Origin: Leptospira sp.
GTDB lineage: Bacteria; Spirochaetota; Leptospiria; Leptospirales; Leptospiraceae
Reading direction: 5' to 3'
Assembly: GCA_034439575.1 (NCBI GenBank)
Contig: JAWXAQ010000033.1
Location: forward strand, 192,001 to 256,000
Length of the DNA: 64,000 nucleotides
Shown: positions 52,241 through 62,621 of the stretch, in pieces
Layout of the letters: each line of letters begins with the position of its first letter
Position numbering within the stretch: position 1 is the first letter of the stretch
The notes under the pieces: generated by a model
The model's database searches: none
What the model was told of the DNA's origin: nothing
The model's input: the letters and a program-made list of their open reading frames with translations, nothing else
Position numbers and translations under genes: made by a program

Positions 52241-52820
52241 AATACTTTTGGCTTCACTTTGTATAACTGTTGGTATTTCTGCCACTCCTTCCAGGAAAAA
52301 AGAAATTGCCTCTGCTTTGAAAAAGCAAATTTTCGCCTATCATAGAGCAGACGAAGAGACAAATTCGATTCCCTATTTAGAAAGATATCTCGAAGTAAGT
52401 CCTTATGAGATTTATTATAAACTTTTGTATGCGAAAGCTTTGCTCTATAGATCAGATTTAGAAGTTCCAAAACATGATGAGGCGATCGAATCTCGTATGA
52501 ACAAAACGAGCGCTATACGCTCAAATTATACAAAAAGTGCTAAAATTTTTCAGACGAATGTTCTTCACTTACAACAAATTAGACCCAGAGATCCAAATTT
52601 AGGACGATGGTTTTATCTTTGGGCATTTAGTGAGTGGTTTTCGGATAACAAAGAAAAGTCTATAAAACTATTTTTGAAAGCAGTGAAACAAGATTATAGA
52701 TTAACAGAATCATATTATAATATAGCATCAGTTTATGAATCTATGGGCCAATGGAAGGATGCGGAACTATATTGGAAGAAGTATGAAAAGGCAGAAAAGG
52801 AAGTCGAAGAAGAAGAATAA
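52209..52820 (+). CDS. Exported TPR protein
   Basis: Signal peptide; ESYYNIASVYESMGQWKDAELYWKKY. Confidence 0.75.
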   Translation: MMAKIIIYISKILLASLCITVGISATPSRKKEIASALKKQIFAYHRADEETNSIPYLERYLEVSPYEIYYKLLYAKALLYRSDLEVPKHDEAIESRMNKTSAIRSNYTKSAKIFQTNVLHLQQIRPRDPNLGRWFYLWAFSEWFSDNKEKSIKLFLKAVKQDYRLTESYYNIASVYESMGQWKDAELYWKKYEKAEKEVEEEE

Positions 52821-53011
52821 TGGCTAAAATCGACAAACGGTTTCAAATTTTATTTTCCGAAGAAGAGTTGCTTTTATTGAAACACGAAGCGGACAAACGA
52901 GGCATTTCTCAGGGAGAATTATTACGATCCGCCCTTAGAAATGAAATTACTCAAAAATCCGATTTTACTCGGTTACGCGCTGTTCGTTCATTAGTTGAGA
53001 TATTTGATTGA
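52820..53011 (+). CDS. Ribbon-helix-helix (CopG-like) protein, antitoxin-like
   Basis: KRFQILFSEEELLLLKHEADKRGISQGELLRSAL, a classic RHH pattern. Confidence 0.8.
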   Translation: MAKIDKRFQILFSEEELLLLKHEADKRGISQGELLRSALRNEITQKSDFTRLRAVRSLVEIFD

Positions 53012-53406
53012 AATTTTATTTAACAAACAATTTTATAACTGATCTTTTGTTACATGAAGATCGAAAGTCTTTAGCAGACCAAATCGAAACTCTTTTGCAG
53101 AATGGACATAGATTTTATACATCCGTTTATACTTTGTTATGTTTATTTGCCGATGAAAAGATCAAGCATTCCAAAAAAACAAGAACAATATTGCATTTGA
53201 TTGATGAGCTTGTAGATGAGATATTACCTATCGATAAAAAGGTTTTAGAGATTTTGGATGATTCTGAAAAACTTATGGATATATTGCAATACGAGATTCA
53301 TATTGCAATACTTTCCGGAATGGATGAGTTAGTCGTCAGTGAAGTGATAGAGAAAGGATACAAAGGGCAATTACCTCTGCGTCACCTCATTCGGAAAACT
53401 AAATGA
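53008..53406 (+). CDS. PIN-like domain protein, catalytically degenerate
   Basis: 132 aa; MKFYLTNNFITDLL (cf. LDTN), FYTSVYTL, EILPID..., IAILSGMDELVVSE; TTGA overlap with the RHH gene. Confidence 0.55.
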   Translation: MKFYLTNNFITDLLLHEDRKSLADQIETLLQNGHRFYTSVYTLLCLFADEKIKHSKKTRTILHLIDELVDEILPIDKKVLEILDDSEKLMDILQYEIHIAILSGMDELVVSEVIEKGYKGQLPLRHLIRKTK

Positions 53407-55107
53407 AATCGGTGCAGAAAGTTTGCTCTTTTGGTCTCTTCCTTCCCACTCATCAAAATATTTGTTATACGCCGCAATTTTAAAATAGTAAGTGATGCCA
53501 AATTGAAAAAGGGCACCTTGTTTTTCTTTCCTGGATGAAAAGCTGGGATTTGAAAGTGACTTTGGAAGTGTTTTTTCATCCTCGTCTGTGATATAAATAT
53601 TTGTGATTAATATATCTTCATTGGCACAATATTTTAAATTTTTGTAATCGCTACCTTCTGACTTACCATTAATTGATGTTAACTTTCCATTTTCACTTTT
53701 CACAAATAAAGTTCCAATCATACGATCTGGTTCAACACCATAAAAAATCATATAACCACCATGATCCTGAACTTCTCTTTCATGATTCGAATTCCAGTTA
53801 AAACAAACACCTTTTGTGTCATTTGGCATTGGAGAGACTCTGAAATTTGTCGGGGCATCGGGAGGATTCAATTCTTTTACAAGAAAATTTAGGCCATATA
53901 GAGTAGGTGCTTGTTTTCCTTGAGGATCAGATCTTAACCAAACTTTCCATTGATAAAATTTAAATTTCGGAAGTGCACTTAAATCTTTTAATGACAATTC
54001 AATACGATTCCACTTGGGACCTTTTTCTTCTGATTCGCCAAACTTTTGATTACTTCCTCGAAAATATAAAGCTACATCTGTATCTGTCGGTTTATCTATA
54101 TCAAATTTAATTTTACTAATTTCTGAGTAACTAAACTTAGTTGAGTAAATAGGTGACAAAACGTAACTCCCTTCATGAGATACACGTTTTGTTTCATCAG
54201 AATATTTAACACGATTGTATTTTGAAAATTCTTTTGATTCGAATGGTTTCCCTTGATGGATGTGAAATCCGTCGATATTTCCAAAATATGATTTTGCGAG
54301 GATTAGATTTGTAGAATCTGATTCCGGAAATCCGATGCCTATGATATCTTCACCTTGCGCTTGATAGGCTGCCGTTTGGTATCCATTTTGGAAAAGTAAT
54401 ATTTTATTTTGAATCGTATCAAAATGAATGGAGATGATATGCCAATCCTTTCTTGGAATTTGATTTGGTGCACGAAGAACGGTTGAAATTTGTGAACCAT
54501 CTTCTTTTTGGATCAAATTGTTTGCATAAAACACAAGCTTGTTTTCTTCGATTTCAAGACTAAAACCAAATTTTTTACCTTTGATAAATACAGTTTTATC
54601 CATTACAATAGATGAAGCGCCTTGTTCACTAATTAACAAAGGTATGGTGATTGTAAAAGATTCTGGGCTAGAATTGAAAAAACGAGATCCAGAAACATTC
54701 AAATGGATCTGATTTCGTTTGCCTGAAAAGTAGGCCGATTTATTTCCAAAAATTGAATATTTTGGATCTATAATATAGGAAGATGATAAAATAGAAATGG
54801 TTTTTGATTTATTTGTTAGTGGTACGCTTGTTACTTCAGGGTTTGAAACTTCACCTTCAAAATCCAAAAAAATCTCCCCATTCTTTGGAATATTTTCTAT
54901 GGGCTTAATGGCAAGTTTCCGTCCTACATTTGTTTCAAGGACGGCACTTACTTTTTTCCATTCTCTTAAATCCGGTGTAACTTCTGTTAAATTTTCTTTG
55001 GCTTCAAGGCCAAAAAATAAACAACAAACAAAAACTAAGGCTTTTGTGCTTCGATTAATTGCAACCTGCGCTCGTGTCGTCCACCTTCGAATGTTGTATT
55101 GATCCAT
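53371..55107 (-). CDS. Exported LamG/concanavalin A-like domain protein with C-terminal FN3-like region
   Basis: SAYFSG, FTIT, WHIISIHFD...LFQNG, YFGNIDGFHI; PDAPTNF...YYFKIAAYN. Confidence 0.7.
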   Translation of the reverse strand: MDQYNIRRWTTRAQVAINRSTKALVFVCCLFFGLEAKENLTEVTPDLREWKKVSAVLETNVGRKLAIKPIENIPKNGEIFLDFEGEVSNPEVTSVPLTNKSKTISILSSSYIIDPKYSIFGNKSAYFSGKRNQIHLNVSGSRFFNSSPESFTITIPLLISEQGASSIVMDKTVFIKGKKFGFSLEIEENKLVFYANNLIQKEDGSQISTVLRAPNQIPRKDWHIISIHFDTIQNKILLFQNGYQTAAYQAQGEDIIGIGFPESDSTNLILAKSYFGNIDGFHIHQGKPFESKEFSKYNRVKYSDETKRVSHEGSYVLSPIYSTKFSYSEISKIKFDIDKPTDTDVALYFRGSNQKFGESEEKGPKWNRIELSLKDLSALPKFKFYQWKVWLRSDPQGKQAPTLYGLNFLVKELNPPDAPTNFRVSPMPNDTKGVCFNWNSNHEREVQDHGGYMIFYGVEPDRMIGTLFVKSENGKLTSINGKSEGSDYKNLKYCANEDILITNIYITDEDEKTLPKSLSNPSFSSRKEKQGALFQFGITYYFKIAAYNKYFDEWEGRDQKSKLSAPISFSFPNEVTQR

Positions 55108-55475
55108 TTTTGTACTATCCGTAGAGCCAGATCTGTGCCGAGTACTCGTCCGCCAAGAACGATCACATTCGCATCGTTATGACGTCTTGACATCTCAGCC
55201 GTAAATTCGTCATGACAGAGTGCTGCACGGATTCCAGGAATTCGATTAGCTGCAATGGAGGCACCAATTCCCGTACCACAAAGGGCAATCAGTCTTGGAA
55301 CTTCTCCCGATAAAACCTTTCTACAGGCATCACCAATGACAGTCGGATAATCTACAGATTCTTCGCTCTTAGTACCGTAATCGACCATTTCGAAGCTTTC
55401 CTCCAGACTTTTCCTGAGGAATTCTTTCAGAGCAAATCCGCCGTGGTCAGATGCAATGCCTAGTTTTGGTTTCAT
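55035..55475 (-). CDS. rpiB: Ribose-5-phosphate isomerase B
   Basis: IASDHGG, DYP, CGTGIGASIAANR, HNDANV and FEGGRHERR motifs. Confidence 0.96.
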   Translation of the reverse strand: MKPKLGIASDHGGFALKEFLRKSLEESFEMVDYGTKSEESVDYPTVIGDACRKVLSGEVPRLIALCGTGIGASIAANRIPGIRAALCHDEFTAEMSRRHNDANVIVLGGRVLGTDLALRIVQKWINTTFEGGRHERRLQLIEAQKP

Positions 55476-55477
55476 TC

Positions 55478-56134
55478 TTATTTCTCCGTGAATTGGTTCA
55501 AAAATTGTAAATAGGAAGCTCTGGATTCAATGGATAGGGAGAATAAAAATTTTTCCCTCTCCCGAAGGAGGGATCCATAGCGGGCATAGAATTCGGATTC
55601 AAAATTTCGCGAGCGCTTTGCCCAATCTTTGTCTGGCATCAAAATCGCATCCCTTGTCAGTTCACGAATGCCAGAAACTAGGAAATTGCGAAGAACAAAC
55701 CAATCTCCCACGGATTTTTCTTCTAGAGGAGTCAGATGGTATTCCCTATCCATATTTAATAATATCTTTTTTTCTAAACTGGCAAGATGATCTTCAGTCG
55801 CATAACTTGCTTCATACGCAGAAACAAGGGCTTCTCTATCTTCCTCTGTTTGTACACTTTTTCGTAGACAAACCAGTGAATTGATACGTGCAAGTACTGA
55901 GTCTTTAGCCAGTTCATTTATTTCCAGATCCGCCATTTCGAGGTAGGATCTAGAAATAAGTCCCACTTTCGATTCTTTTAGTAAATTCACATAACAAGTC
56001 TTTGCTTCTTTGTGATAAGATAATCCTTCCGCAATCCAAATTGACATAGCTTGAATGGGATAAAGACATATCAAAAAAACAGAAGTGATTAATAGTTTTA
56101 TAAACAAAGACGTATTAGCCTTTTGTCCTTTCAA
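55478..56134 (-). CDS. Hypothetical membrane-anchored protein
   Basis: 218 aa ORF between serC and rpiB in the same orientation; N-terminal TM. Confidence 0.7.
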   Translation of the reverse strand: MKGQKANTSLFIKLLITSVFLICLYPIQAMSIWIAEGLSYHKEAKTCYVNLLKESKVGLISRSYLEMADLEINELAKDSVLARINSLVCLRKSVQTEEDREALVSAYEASYATEDHLASLEKKILLNMDREYHLTPLEEKSVGDWFVLRNFLVSGIRELTRDAILMPDKDWAKRSRNFESEFYARYGSLLREREKFLFSLSIESRASYLQFLNQFTEK

Positions 56135-57212
56135 ATTCTTTCATATAAGAAACGAGAGTTTCGATTCCTGACTTTGGCATAGCGTTGTAAATGGAGGCAC
56201 GAAAGCCACCCACATCACGATAACCTTTCAATCCGCAAAGTCCACTATCTTCGGCACCTTTTAGGAAAAGTGTATCTAGGCTCGGATCTTTGATTTTGAA
56301 AACAGCATTCATCACTGAACGATGTTTTGTTGGAACGGGAGCAACAAACAGTGAGGATGAGTCGATTGTATCATAAAGCAATTTTGCTTTTTCCTCATTT
56401 TCTTTTTCCATCACAGACAGACCACCTTTCTTCTCAAGCCATTCAAAAACTAATTTGGCAATGTAGATAGAAAATGTAGGCGGGGTGTTATAGTTGGAAT
56501 TATGTTTTTCCATCAAAGCATAATTCATAAGATTTGGTATGGGATGTTTTTGGATTGGCAATTTTTCTTTGTCATAGATAACAATCGTTAAGCCTGATGG
56601 GCCTATATTTTTTTGGGCACCAGCAAAGATTACAGAAAAATCTTTTATATTTAATCTGCGACTGAGTAGTTCACTTGTCATATCTGCAATGAGTGGAGTC
56701 TTTGTGAGTTTGGGAAAACTGGCGTAACGTGTTCCATAGATTGTATTGTTAGAAGTGATGTAGAGGTATTTGGCACCTGGGTTTATATCTGCTTCTGACA
56801 AATCAGGAATTTCCATATAGCCAGATGGTTTTCCATCAAAGATAGCCTTCACATTTGGGTAAAATTTTTGCGCTTCTGAATGGGCTTTTACCGCCCAGAC
56901 ACCAGTCAGTGGAAAGTCAGCGGATTCTCCTTCTGCCAAATAGTTTAATGGGATGGCTGAGAACTGAAGAGTAGCCCCACCAGGAAAATAAACGACCCCA
57001 TAATTGTCTGGAATTTGTAAGAGCTTTCGCAATAGAACCAAGGATTCATCTAAGATATTTAGGAAATGTTTCTCACGATGGCTCATTTCCATCACAGACA
57101 TACCACTTCCTTGGTAATTTAGGAATTCTCCCTGTGCCTTTTCCATAACTTCTGTGGGAAGCATGGCTGGTCCTGCGTTAAAATTGTAAATTCTGGAATT
57201 AAAATTTCCCAT
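56115..57212 (-). CDS. serC: Phosphoserine aminotransferase
   Basis: YNFNAGPAMLP, SVMEMSHR, GGATLQF, AGAQKNIGPSG, NTPP and GGFRASIYNA motifs. Confidence 0.97.
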   Translation of the reverse strand: MGNFNSRIYNFNAGPAMLPTEVMEKAQGEFLNYQGSGMSVMEMSHREKHFLNILDESLVLLRKLLQIPDNYGVVYFPGGATLQFSAIPLNYLAEGESADFPLTGVWAVKAHSEAQKFYPNVKAIFDGKPSGYMEIPDLSEADINPGAKYLYITSNNTIYGTRYASFPKLTKTPLIADMTSELLSRRLNIKDFSVIFAGAQKNIGPSGLTIVIYDKEKLPIQKHPIPNLMNYALMEKHNSNYNTPPTFSIYIAKLVFEWLEKKGGLSVMEKENEEKAKLLYDTIDSSSLFVAPVPTKHRSVMNAVFKIKDPSLDTLFLKGAEDSGLCGLKGYRDVGGFRASIYNAMPKSGIETLVSYMKEFERTKG

Positions 57213-57275
57213 CTGAATCCAAGTTCTTCCCAGAAATATTGGGGTAAATATCTTTTTCCAAAATCAAAACTTGCT

Positions 57276-57303
57276 TTGCAGATTCGCTTGTTTGCCCTAT
57301 ACT
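57276..57303 (+). promoter_or_regulatory. Putative sigma70 promoter for the P83/100-like gene
   Basis: TTGCAG-N16-TATACT upstream of a GAGG RBS and the ATG at 57340. Confidence 0.45.
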
Positions 57304-57339
57304 TGGCGCATTCTTTAAAAAAAAATTCAAGAGGGTGAA

Positions 57340-59028
57340 ATGAGAATATTTCGCACCGCCACTTTGTTGGTGTTTGTTGTTACTTTAGGTCTTTCTGCTC
57401 AAACGAAGGCTCCGCTCGGAGAATCCGAAATCAAAGGTGCAAAAAGGATTGAGTTTATCAATCGTTCCAATCGTAGAGCGTCTTCAGATATCGTTCAAGA
57501 AAACCAAGGGATTGGTAAAAAATTAGCTGAAGGCATTCAAAAGGGAGATTCCTCTACAAACAATGGAGTGAACATCCAAAGAATTCAACCTGGCAAAGAT
57601 GGTAAGTTAGGTGCTGATATTTTAACGATTAGCGATTCGCAATCCTTTGATCATGTAAATTCAATTGTTCGAATTGTTGCCTCATATGTAGAAACATCTT
57701 TTCAATACAAAGCAGGTGGAGCTGACACAATTGGCCAATACCTAGTATATTACAACGCCGCTCACAGAAAAGATCTAAAATATTTTTCTTCTAAATATAC
57801 AGAAGAAGTAGTCAAAAATTTAACAGCCGATAAAGCAGGCTTAGATACAAATTACAAAAATTGGTCAGGCAAAACGCAATTAGTTATCCCGATCGAAAAA
57901 AATATTCTTAAAGACGGCGGAAAAGACGTAACGACCGACGAACTTGAGAAAGACGTAAACAAAATAGTTAGAGATAAAGAAAAAGATCCAACAACCAAAG
58001 AAAAGATGAAAGAAGAGGCCAAAAAAATGGATACTCTTCAGACAGAAAAGTTGAAGGAAGAGAAAAAAATAGTTCAAGACAAAAAACAAGAAGTTTCGAA
58101 AGAACAACAAGCTCTTGATCAGAAAAAAGAAGATTTAAAGAAGAAAGAAGCTGCCGAAACTGCCAAGTTAAACGAACTTAAAAAAGATCCAGTCAAAAAC
58201 AAAGTTGAGATCGAAAAGAAAACCGAAGAAGTAAAACAAATCCAACAAGAAACTGCTAAAACAGAAGTGGAAGCGGCTAAAGTAGAACAAAAGAAAGAAG
58301 AGTTGGAGAAAAAAGAAGAACAAATCGCTGCGAAAGAAGAAGCTAGAAAAGATGGTGGTGATACGACAGCAACAACTGAAGGAACGAAAACCACAGAAAC
58401 TACAAAAGAAGCAGAGAAAAAAGTTGAAGAGTTAAAGACTGAACTAGCAGAAGTTAAAGATGAATTGAAGAAAAAAGAAGAACAAAGCGACAACGTCGTA
58501 AATAATAAAATTCTTTTTATGAAGTTTATCAAATACGATGCAGATGGTCATTATTCAAATGAACTTTGGGCCATTGATACCACAAAAGATGATGCCTTAT
58601 TCAAAAGCCCTTACAACAATATTTGTTCTAAAGAGTTTAAAGAAATCGCAAATCAAGGTGTGCTTGTTTTAGGTTATGACGGGGAAAAAATCGAAACCAG
58701 AAAACACAAACTCGTGTTACTTGATCCTGATAAATTATCAGTAAAAAAATCAAGTGATACAGCAGATATATTCTGGCGCACTCCGATGATCAACCGTGAT
58801 GATAAAATATACGTAGTAGAAAAATTCAAAGATAAATACCACGTTGCCCGTTTCAAAACGGATTTGACATTCGAAGCCAGATCAGCCGAAGCTATCGAAG
58901 AAAATTCCGAGATCACATTCTTTGGTGATAAACTCTATGTCACAGGAAAACCGAAAGAAGGCGACAAAACCACAATCAAAGTATTCAAAAAAGAAGATTT
59001 GAGCTTAATTAAAACCATCGCTCCTTAA
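57340..59028 (+). CDS. P83/100-family spirochaete protein with K/E-rich coiled coil
   Basis: IEFINRS, GADIL...DHVNSIVRI, YYNAAHR and WSGKTQLVIP match the P83/100 N-terminal domain; long K/E-rich central region. Confidence 0.8.
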   Translation: MRIFRTATLLVFVVTLGLSAQTKAPLGESEIKGAKRIEFINRSNRRASSDIVQENQGIGKKLAEGIQKGDSSTNNGVNIQRIQPGKDGKLGADILTISDSQSFDHVNSIVRIVASYVETSFQYKAGGADTIGQYLVYYNAAHRKDLKYFSSKYTEEVVKNLTADKAGLDTNYKNWSGKTQLVIPIEKNILKDGGKDVTTDELEKDVNKIVRDKEKDPTTKEKMKEEAKKMDTLQTEKLKEEKKIVQDKKQEVSKEQQALDQKKEDLKKKEAAETAKLNELKKDPVKNKVEIEKKTEEVKQIQQETAKTEVEAAKVEQKKEELEKKEEQIAAKEEARKDGGDTTATTEGTKTTETTKEAEKKVEELKTELAEVKDELKKKEEQSDNVVNNKILFMKFIKYDADGHYSNELWAIDTTKDDALFKSPYNNICSKEFKEIANQGVLVLGYDGEKIETRKHKLVLLDPDKLSVKKSSDTADIFWRTPMINRDDKIYVVEKFKDKYHVARFKTDLTFEARSAEAIEENSEITFFGDKLYVTGKPKEGDKTTIKVFKKEDLSLIKTIAP

Positions 59029-59051
59029 TTTAAAGAATTTCCAATTGGATT

Positions 59052-59086
59052 AAAAAACCAATGCTATCATGGCATTGGTTTTTTTT
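59052..59086. terminator. Bidirectional intrinsic terminator
   Basis: AAAAAACCAATGC-TATCATG-GCATTGGTTTTTTTT between convergent genes. Confidence 0.85.
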
Positions 59087-59106
59087 ATCCGACGGCAACG
59101 CCCCAT

Positions 59107-60213
59107 TTAATCTTTTAAGTATTCGATTCTTTCGCGGATAGTTTCGTTGGATGGGATTTTTTTAGCTAAGTCTTCCAACATTTTGATGGCCTTTTCTTTT
59201 TTGCCCATCACATCCCAAAGGTCGGATAATTCGAGCGCTGGTCTCGGATCATTGGGAGATTTAGAAAGTAAGGTGAGGTAAATTTCTTCGGCTTTGGTGA
59301 GGTCGCCTATCAGTTTTAATGCGGCAGCTTTTCCGAGTAGGGCAAAATAATCATCACCAGATGCTAATATTTTATTAAAACATTCTAAGGCTTTGTCATA
59401 TTTTCCGAGACCTCTGAGAGAGTCCGCATAACGATTGATAATTAATTTGTTATCAGGATCAAATTCTAATATTTTTTCCCAATAAGTGATAGCTGTTTCA
59501 AATTCTTTTTTCCCACGGAAAGATTCTGCGAGACCATAGAGAGCAAAAAAGTTACGAGAATCTAAATCTTTCGCTCGTTCATAATAGATTATTGCTTTAT
59601 CAAAGTTTTTAATCTTGCGATAACTATTTCCAATTTCTGTCAAAATCTTAATATTGTTAGGTTGTGAAGAGAGTAATTTTTCCCACCAGAGAATGGCTTC
59701 TGCATATCTTTGGCAGGCAAAAAACAAATGCCCAAGTCCAACGATGACATATTGGTCATTGGGATTGATTTGGAGAGCTTCCATATAATAAACTTCCGAT
59801 TCTTTGAAGTTTTTTAATTTTCTATGAGCATCTGCGACACGAGATAAAATGCTCGCATCAGTTATAGTTATGTGATGAAATTCTTCTGCGACTTCGATGA
59901 TTTTTTTTAAACTACTTAAATCACGGTAACAATTCATAAGGCCCATAAGCGAAAATTTGTTAGTCGTATCGCCTGCTAAACATTTGCGATAGAATTTGAT
60001 GGCTTCTTCTGGTTGTTTTGTTTTAGCGTAATAATCCCCAAGGCCGACGAGTCCATAGGTGTTTGATGGATCTTCATCAAGTAATATTTCTAATCTTTCT
60101 TTAGCTTCCTTAAACCTACCTTGATCAAGGAAACGATACGCTTCTTTCGCTAAGGCTTTTATCTTGGTAAATTTTTCATCTTCGGGTGGTTTTTCTAATT
60201 CAAGTTTATCCAT
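59107..60213 (-). CDS. Tetratricopeptide repeat protein
   Basis: About 10 TPR units (e.g. [12 protein letters not shown]...[11 protein letters not shown]); ATG at 60213. Confidence 0.88.
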   Translation of the reverse strand: MDKLELEKPPEDEKFTKIKALAKEAYRFLDQGRFKEAKERLEILLDEDPSNTYGLVGLGDYYAKTKQPEEAIKFYRKCLAGDTTNKFSLMGLMNCYRDLSSLKKIIEVAEEFHHITITDASILSRVADAHRKLKNFKESEVYYMEALQINPNDQYVIVGLGHLFFACQRYAEAILWWEKLLSSQPNNIKILTEIGNSYRKIKNFDKAIIYYERAKDLDSRNFFALYGLAESFRGKKEFETAITYWEKILEFDPDNKLIINRYADSLRGLGKYDKALECFNKILASGDDYFALLGKAAALKLIGDLTKAEEIYLTLLSKSPNDPRPALELSDLWDVMGKKEKAIKMLEDLAKKIPSNETIRERIEYLKD

Positions 60214-60332
60214 TGGGGCGCTCTTTAGCTTATGGAACACCTTTCAAATTTAACTAGCAAAAATCGACTCAAAAACGAGAGAACATTGACGAAACACCCT
60301 TTTTTGAGGAAATGGCTTGTGGGGGAACGCAA

Positions 60333-62039
60333 ATGACTACATCATCCGAAGCTATTACTGGCGCCAGGTTAATGGTTGAACTATTGGAAGAAGCAGGCGT
60401 TGAAATCGTCTTTGGCTACCCAGGTGGCGCGATCCTTCCTTTTTATGACGAGCTCTATCATAGTAAAAAAATAAAACACATATTAGTTCGTCACGAACAG
60501 GGTGCCATTCATATGGCCGAAGGTTATGCTCGTTCCACGGGCAAATTGGGTGTTTGCATTGCAACTTCAGGCCCAGGTGCTACTAATTTGATCACTGGTC
60601 TCACTGATGCGAAACTTGATTCAATTCCCATACTTGCGATTACAGGACAAGTTCCTACAACAGACATTGGAACAGATGCCTTCCAAGAAGCGGACATTTA
60701 TGGGATCACTATCCCCATTACAAAATACAATGCATTGATTAAAACAGCTGATGATCTTCCTCGTCACTTTGAAGAAGCGATGAAAATTGCTATGGGCGGA
60801 AGGCCAGGTCCAGTACTTCTTGATTTTCCTAAAGACGTTCAAAACCAGAAGACAACTGTAAGAAAAGCCACTTCCCTTAAGATTGCTAAACACCATTACG
60901 AAAGACAAAATGTAAAAGGCGATGTGCAAGAATTTGCCGATGCACTGAACCGAGCAAAACGTCCTCTATTATATGTTGGGGGTGGTGCGATCAATTCATT
61001 CGCATCTGCCGAAATCAAAGCTCTCGCAGAAAAAGCAACCGCACCAGTGACGACTACACTTATGGGAATTGGTGCCTTTCCTGGGACACATAGTTTGAGT
61101 GTAGGAATGCTCGGGATGCACGGAACAGCTTATGCGAATAAGGCGGTTCTTGAATGTGATTATATTTTAAATTTAGGTGCTAGATTTGATGACCGCGTTG
61201 CACGAAAATATGATTTTGCACCCGATGCGGTTCGTGCTCATATAGATATTGATGCCGCAGAATTTAACAAACGTGTGAATGTGGATTATATTTTACATGG
61301 GGATCTAAAAGATGCCGTGCGTGAAATGTTACCTTATATCAAAACTTCTGATCGTAGTACCTGGATTAGTCGGATCCAGGAATTAAAAAAAGATCATCCT
61401 TTAGATTTTGATAATTCAAATGATGAGATCAAACCTCAAGATTTTTTAAAACAAGTTTACGAACGGACAAAGGGTAAATGTATTGTTTCCACAGATGTAG
61501 GCCAACACCAAATGTGGGCGGCACAATATTATATATTTGATGAACCAAATACATGGCTTACTTCTGGCGGACTCGGAACCATGGGCTATGGATTGCCTGC
61601 GGCAATTGGTGCCAAATTTGGAAACCCTGACAAAACAGTAATTTGTGTGACTGGTGACGGAAGTTTCCAAATGTGCATCCAAGAATTGGCAACTATCGCA
61701 CAATCAAAATTAGGTGTCAAAATTTTACTATTTAATAACAATTTTCTTGGCATGGTGCGCCAATGGCAGGAACTTTTTTATGAAAATAGATTCAGCGAGT
61801 CGCAGTGGACTTACAATCCCAACTTTGTAAAGTTAGCTGAGTCTTATGACATCCCTGCGATGAAAATTTCTACCAAGTCAGAAATTAGTAAAGGTCTCGA
61901 CTTCTTTTTGAAAGACGAAGGTGCGGCTTTGATTGAAGTTATGATTCCTGCGGAAGAAAAAGTATTCCCGATGATCCCATCAGGGAAGTCACAAAAAGAT
62001 TTAATCGAATTTAAGGATTTGGCTAAGTTAAAAAAATGA
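60333..62039 (+). CDS. ilvB: Acetolactate synthase large subunit (biosynthetic)
   Basis: [37 protein letters not shown] and GDGSFQM...NN motifs; alternative start 60312. Confidence 0.97.
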   Translation: MTTSSEAITGARLMVELLEEAGVEIVFGYPGGAILPFYDELYHSKKIKHILVRHEQGAIHMAEGYARSTGKLGVCIATSGPGATNLITGLTDAKLDSIPILAITGQVPTTDIGTDAFQEADIYGITIPITKYNALIKTADDLPRHFEEAMKIAMGGRPGPVLLDFPKDVQNQKTTVRKATSLKIAKHHYERQNVKGDVQEFADALNRAKRPLLYVGGGAINSFASAEIKALAEKATAPVTTTLMGIGAFPGTHSLSVGMLGMHGTAYANKAVLECDYILNLGARFDDRVARKYDFAPDAVRAHIDIDAAEFNKRVNVDYILHGDLKDAVREMLPYIKTSDRSTWISRIQELKKDHPLDFDNSNDEIKPQDFLKQVYERTKGKCIVSTDVGQHQMWAAQYYIFDEPNTWLTSGGLGTMGYGLPAAIGAKFGNPDKTVICVTGDGSFQMCIQELATIAQSKLGVKILLFNNNFLGMVRQWQELFYENRFSESQWTYNPNFVKLAESYDIPAMKISTKSEISKGLDFFLKDEGAALIEVMIPAEEKVFPMIPSGKSQKDLIEFKDLAKLKK

Positions 62040-62524
62040 AACATACTCTCAGCATTTTAGTGAACAACCATCCAGGCGTAATGAGTCATGTTTCTGGGCT
62101 TTTTACAAGACGTGGCTATAACATTGATTCCATTGCCGTGGGCGTTACGGATGATTCAGAAGTATCGTCTATGACCATTGTTTTGAATGGTGATGATACC
62201 ATCGTCGGTCAGGTAAAAAACCAACTCTTAAAATTACCCGATGTTTTGAAAGTGCAAGACATGGCGTATGCGAGTAGTGTGCAAAGAGAATTGGTTTTGA
62301 TATCAATTCAAATCACTGAGGCCAATCGTAGCGAAGCTTTGAATGTTTGTAATGGTTTTGGTGCCAATATTCTAGAGATGACAGAAGACTCCTTACTTCT
62401 GGAATTTTCTGGCAATACCAGACAAGTGGGCAATATGATTTCACTTATGAAACATTTTGGGATTCGCGAAATATCTCGCACAGGCCAAATTGCTATCGCG
62501 TATAGAAATCAATTATCAAGTTGA
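62036..62524 (+). CDS. ilvN: Acetolactate synthase small regulatory subunit
   Basis: ACT domain [33 protein letters not shown]. Confidence 0.95.
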   Translation: MKHTLSILVNNHPGVMSHVSGLFTRRGYNIDSIAVGVTDDSEVSSMTIVLNGDDTIVGQVKNQLLKLPDVLKVQDMAYASSVQRELVLISIQITEANRSEALNVCNGFGANILEMTEDSLLLEFSGNTRQVGNMISLMKHFGIREISRTGQIAIAYRNQLSS

Positions 62525-62621
62525 ATATTTGTTTATAAAACCTTGTTTTAAAACACTTACTTGCTTGACCAGGTAAAGTTTTAAGACAAAATTTTCATTC
62601 GATTCCCAAGAGGTTTTTGCA

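Noticed and set aside
55035..55107. 73-bp same-strand overlap of rpiB and the LamG-domain gene
   Set aside because: Short same-strand overlaps are frequent throughout this compact window and the start is uncertain; no sign of recoding.
57960..58490. A-rich repetitive DNA (GAA/AAA runs) suggesting a tandem repeat or array
   Set aside because: It is the K/E-rich coiled-coil coding region of the P83/100-like gene; there is no fixed repeat-spacer periodicity.
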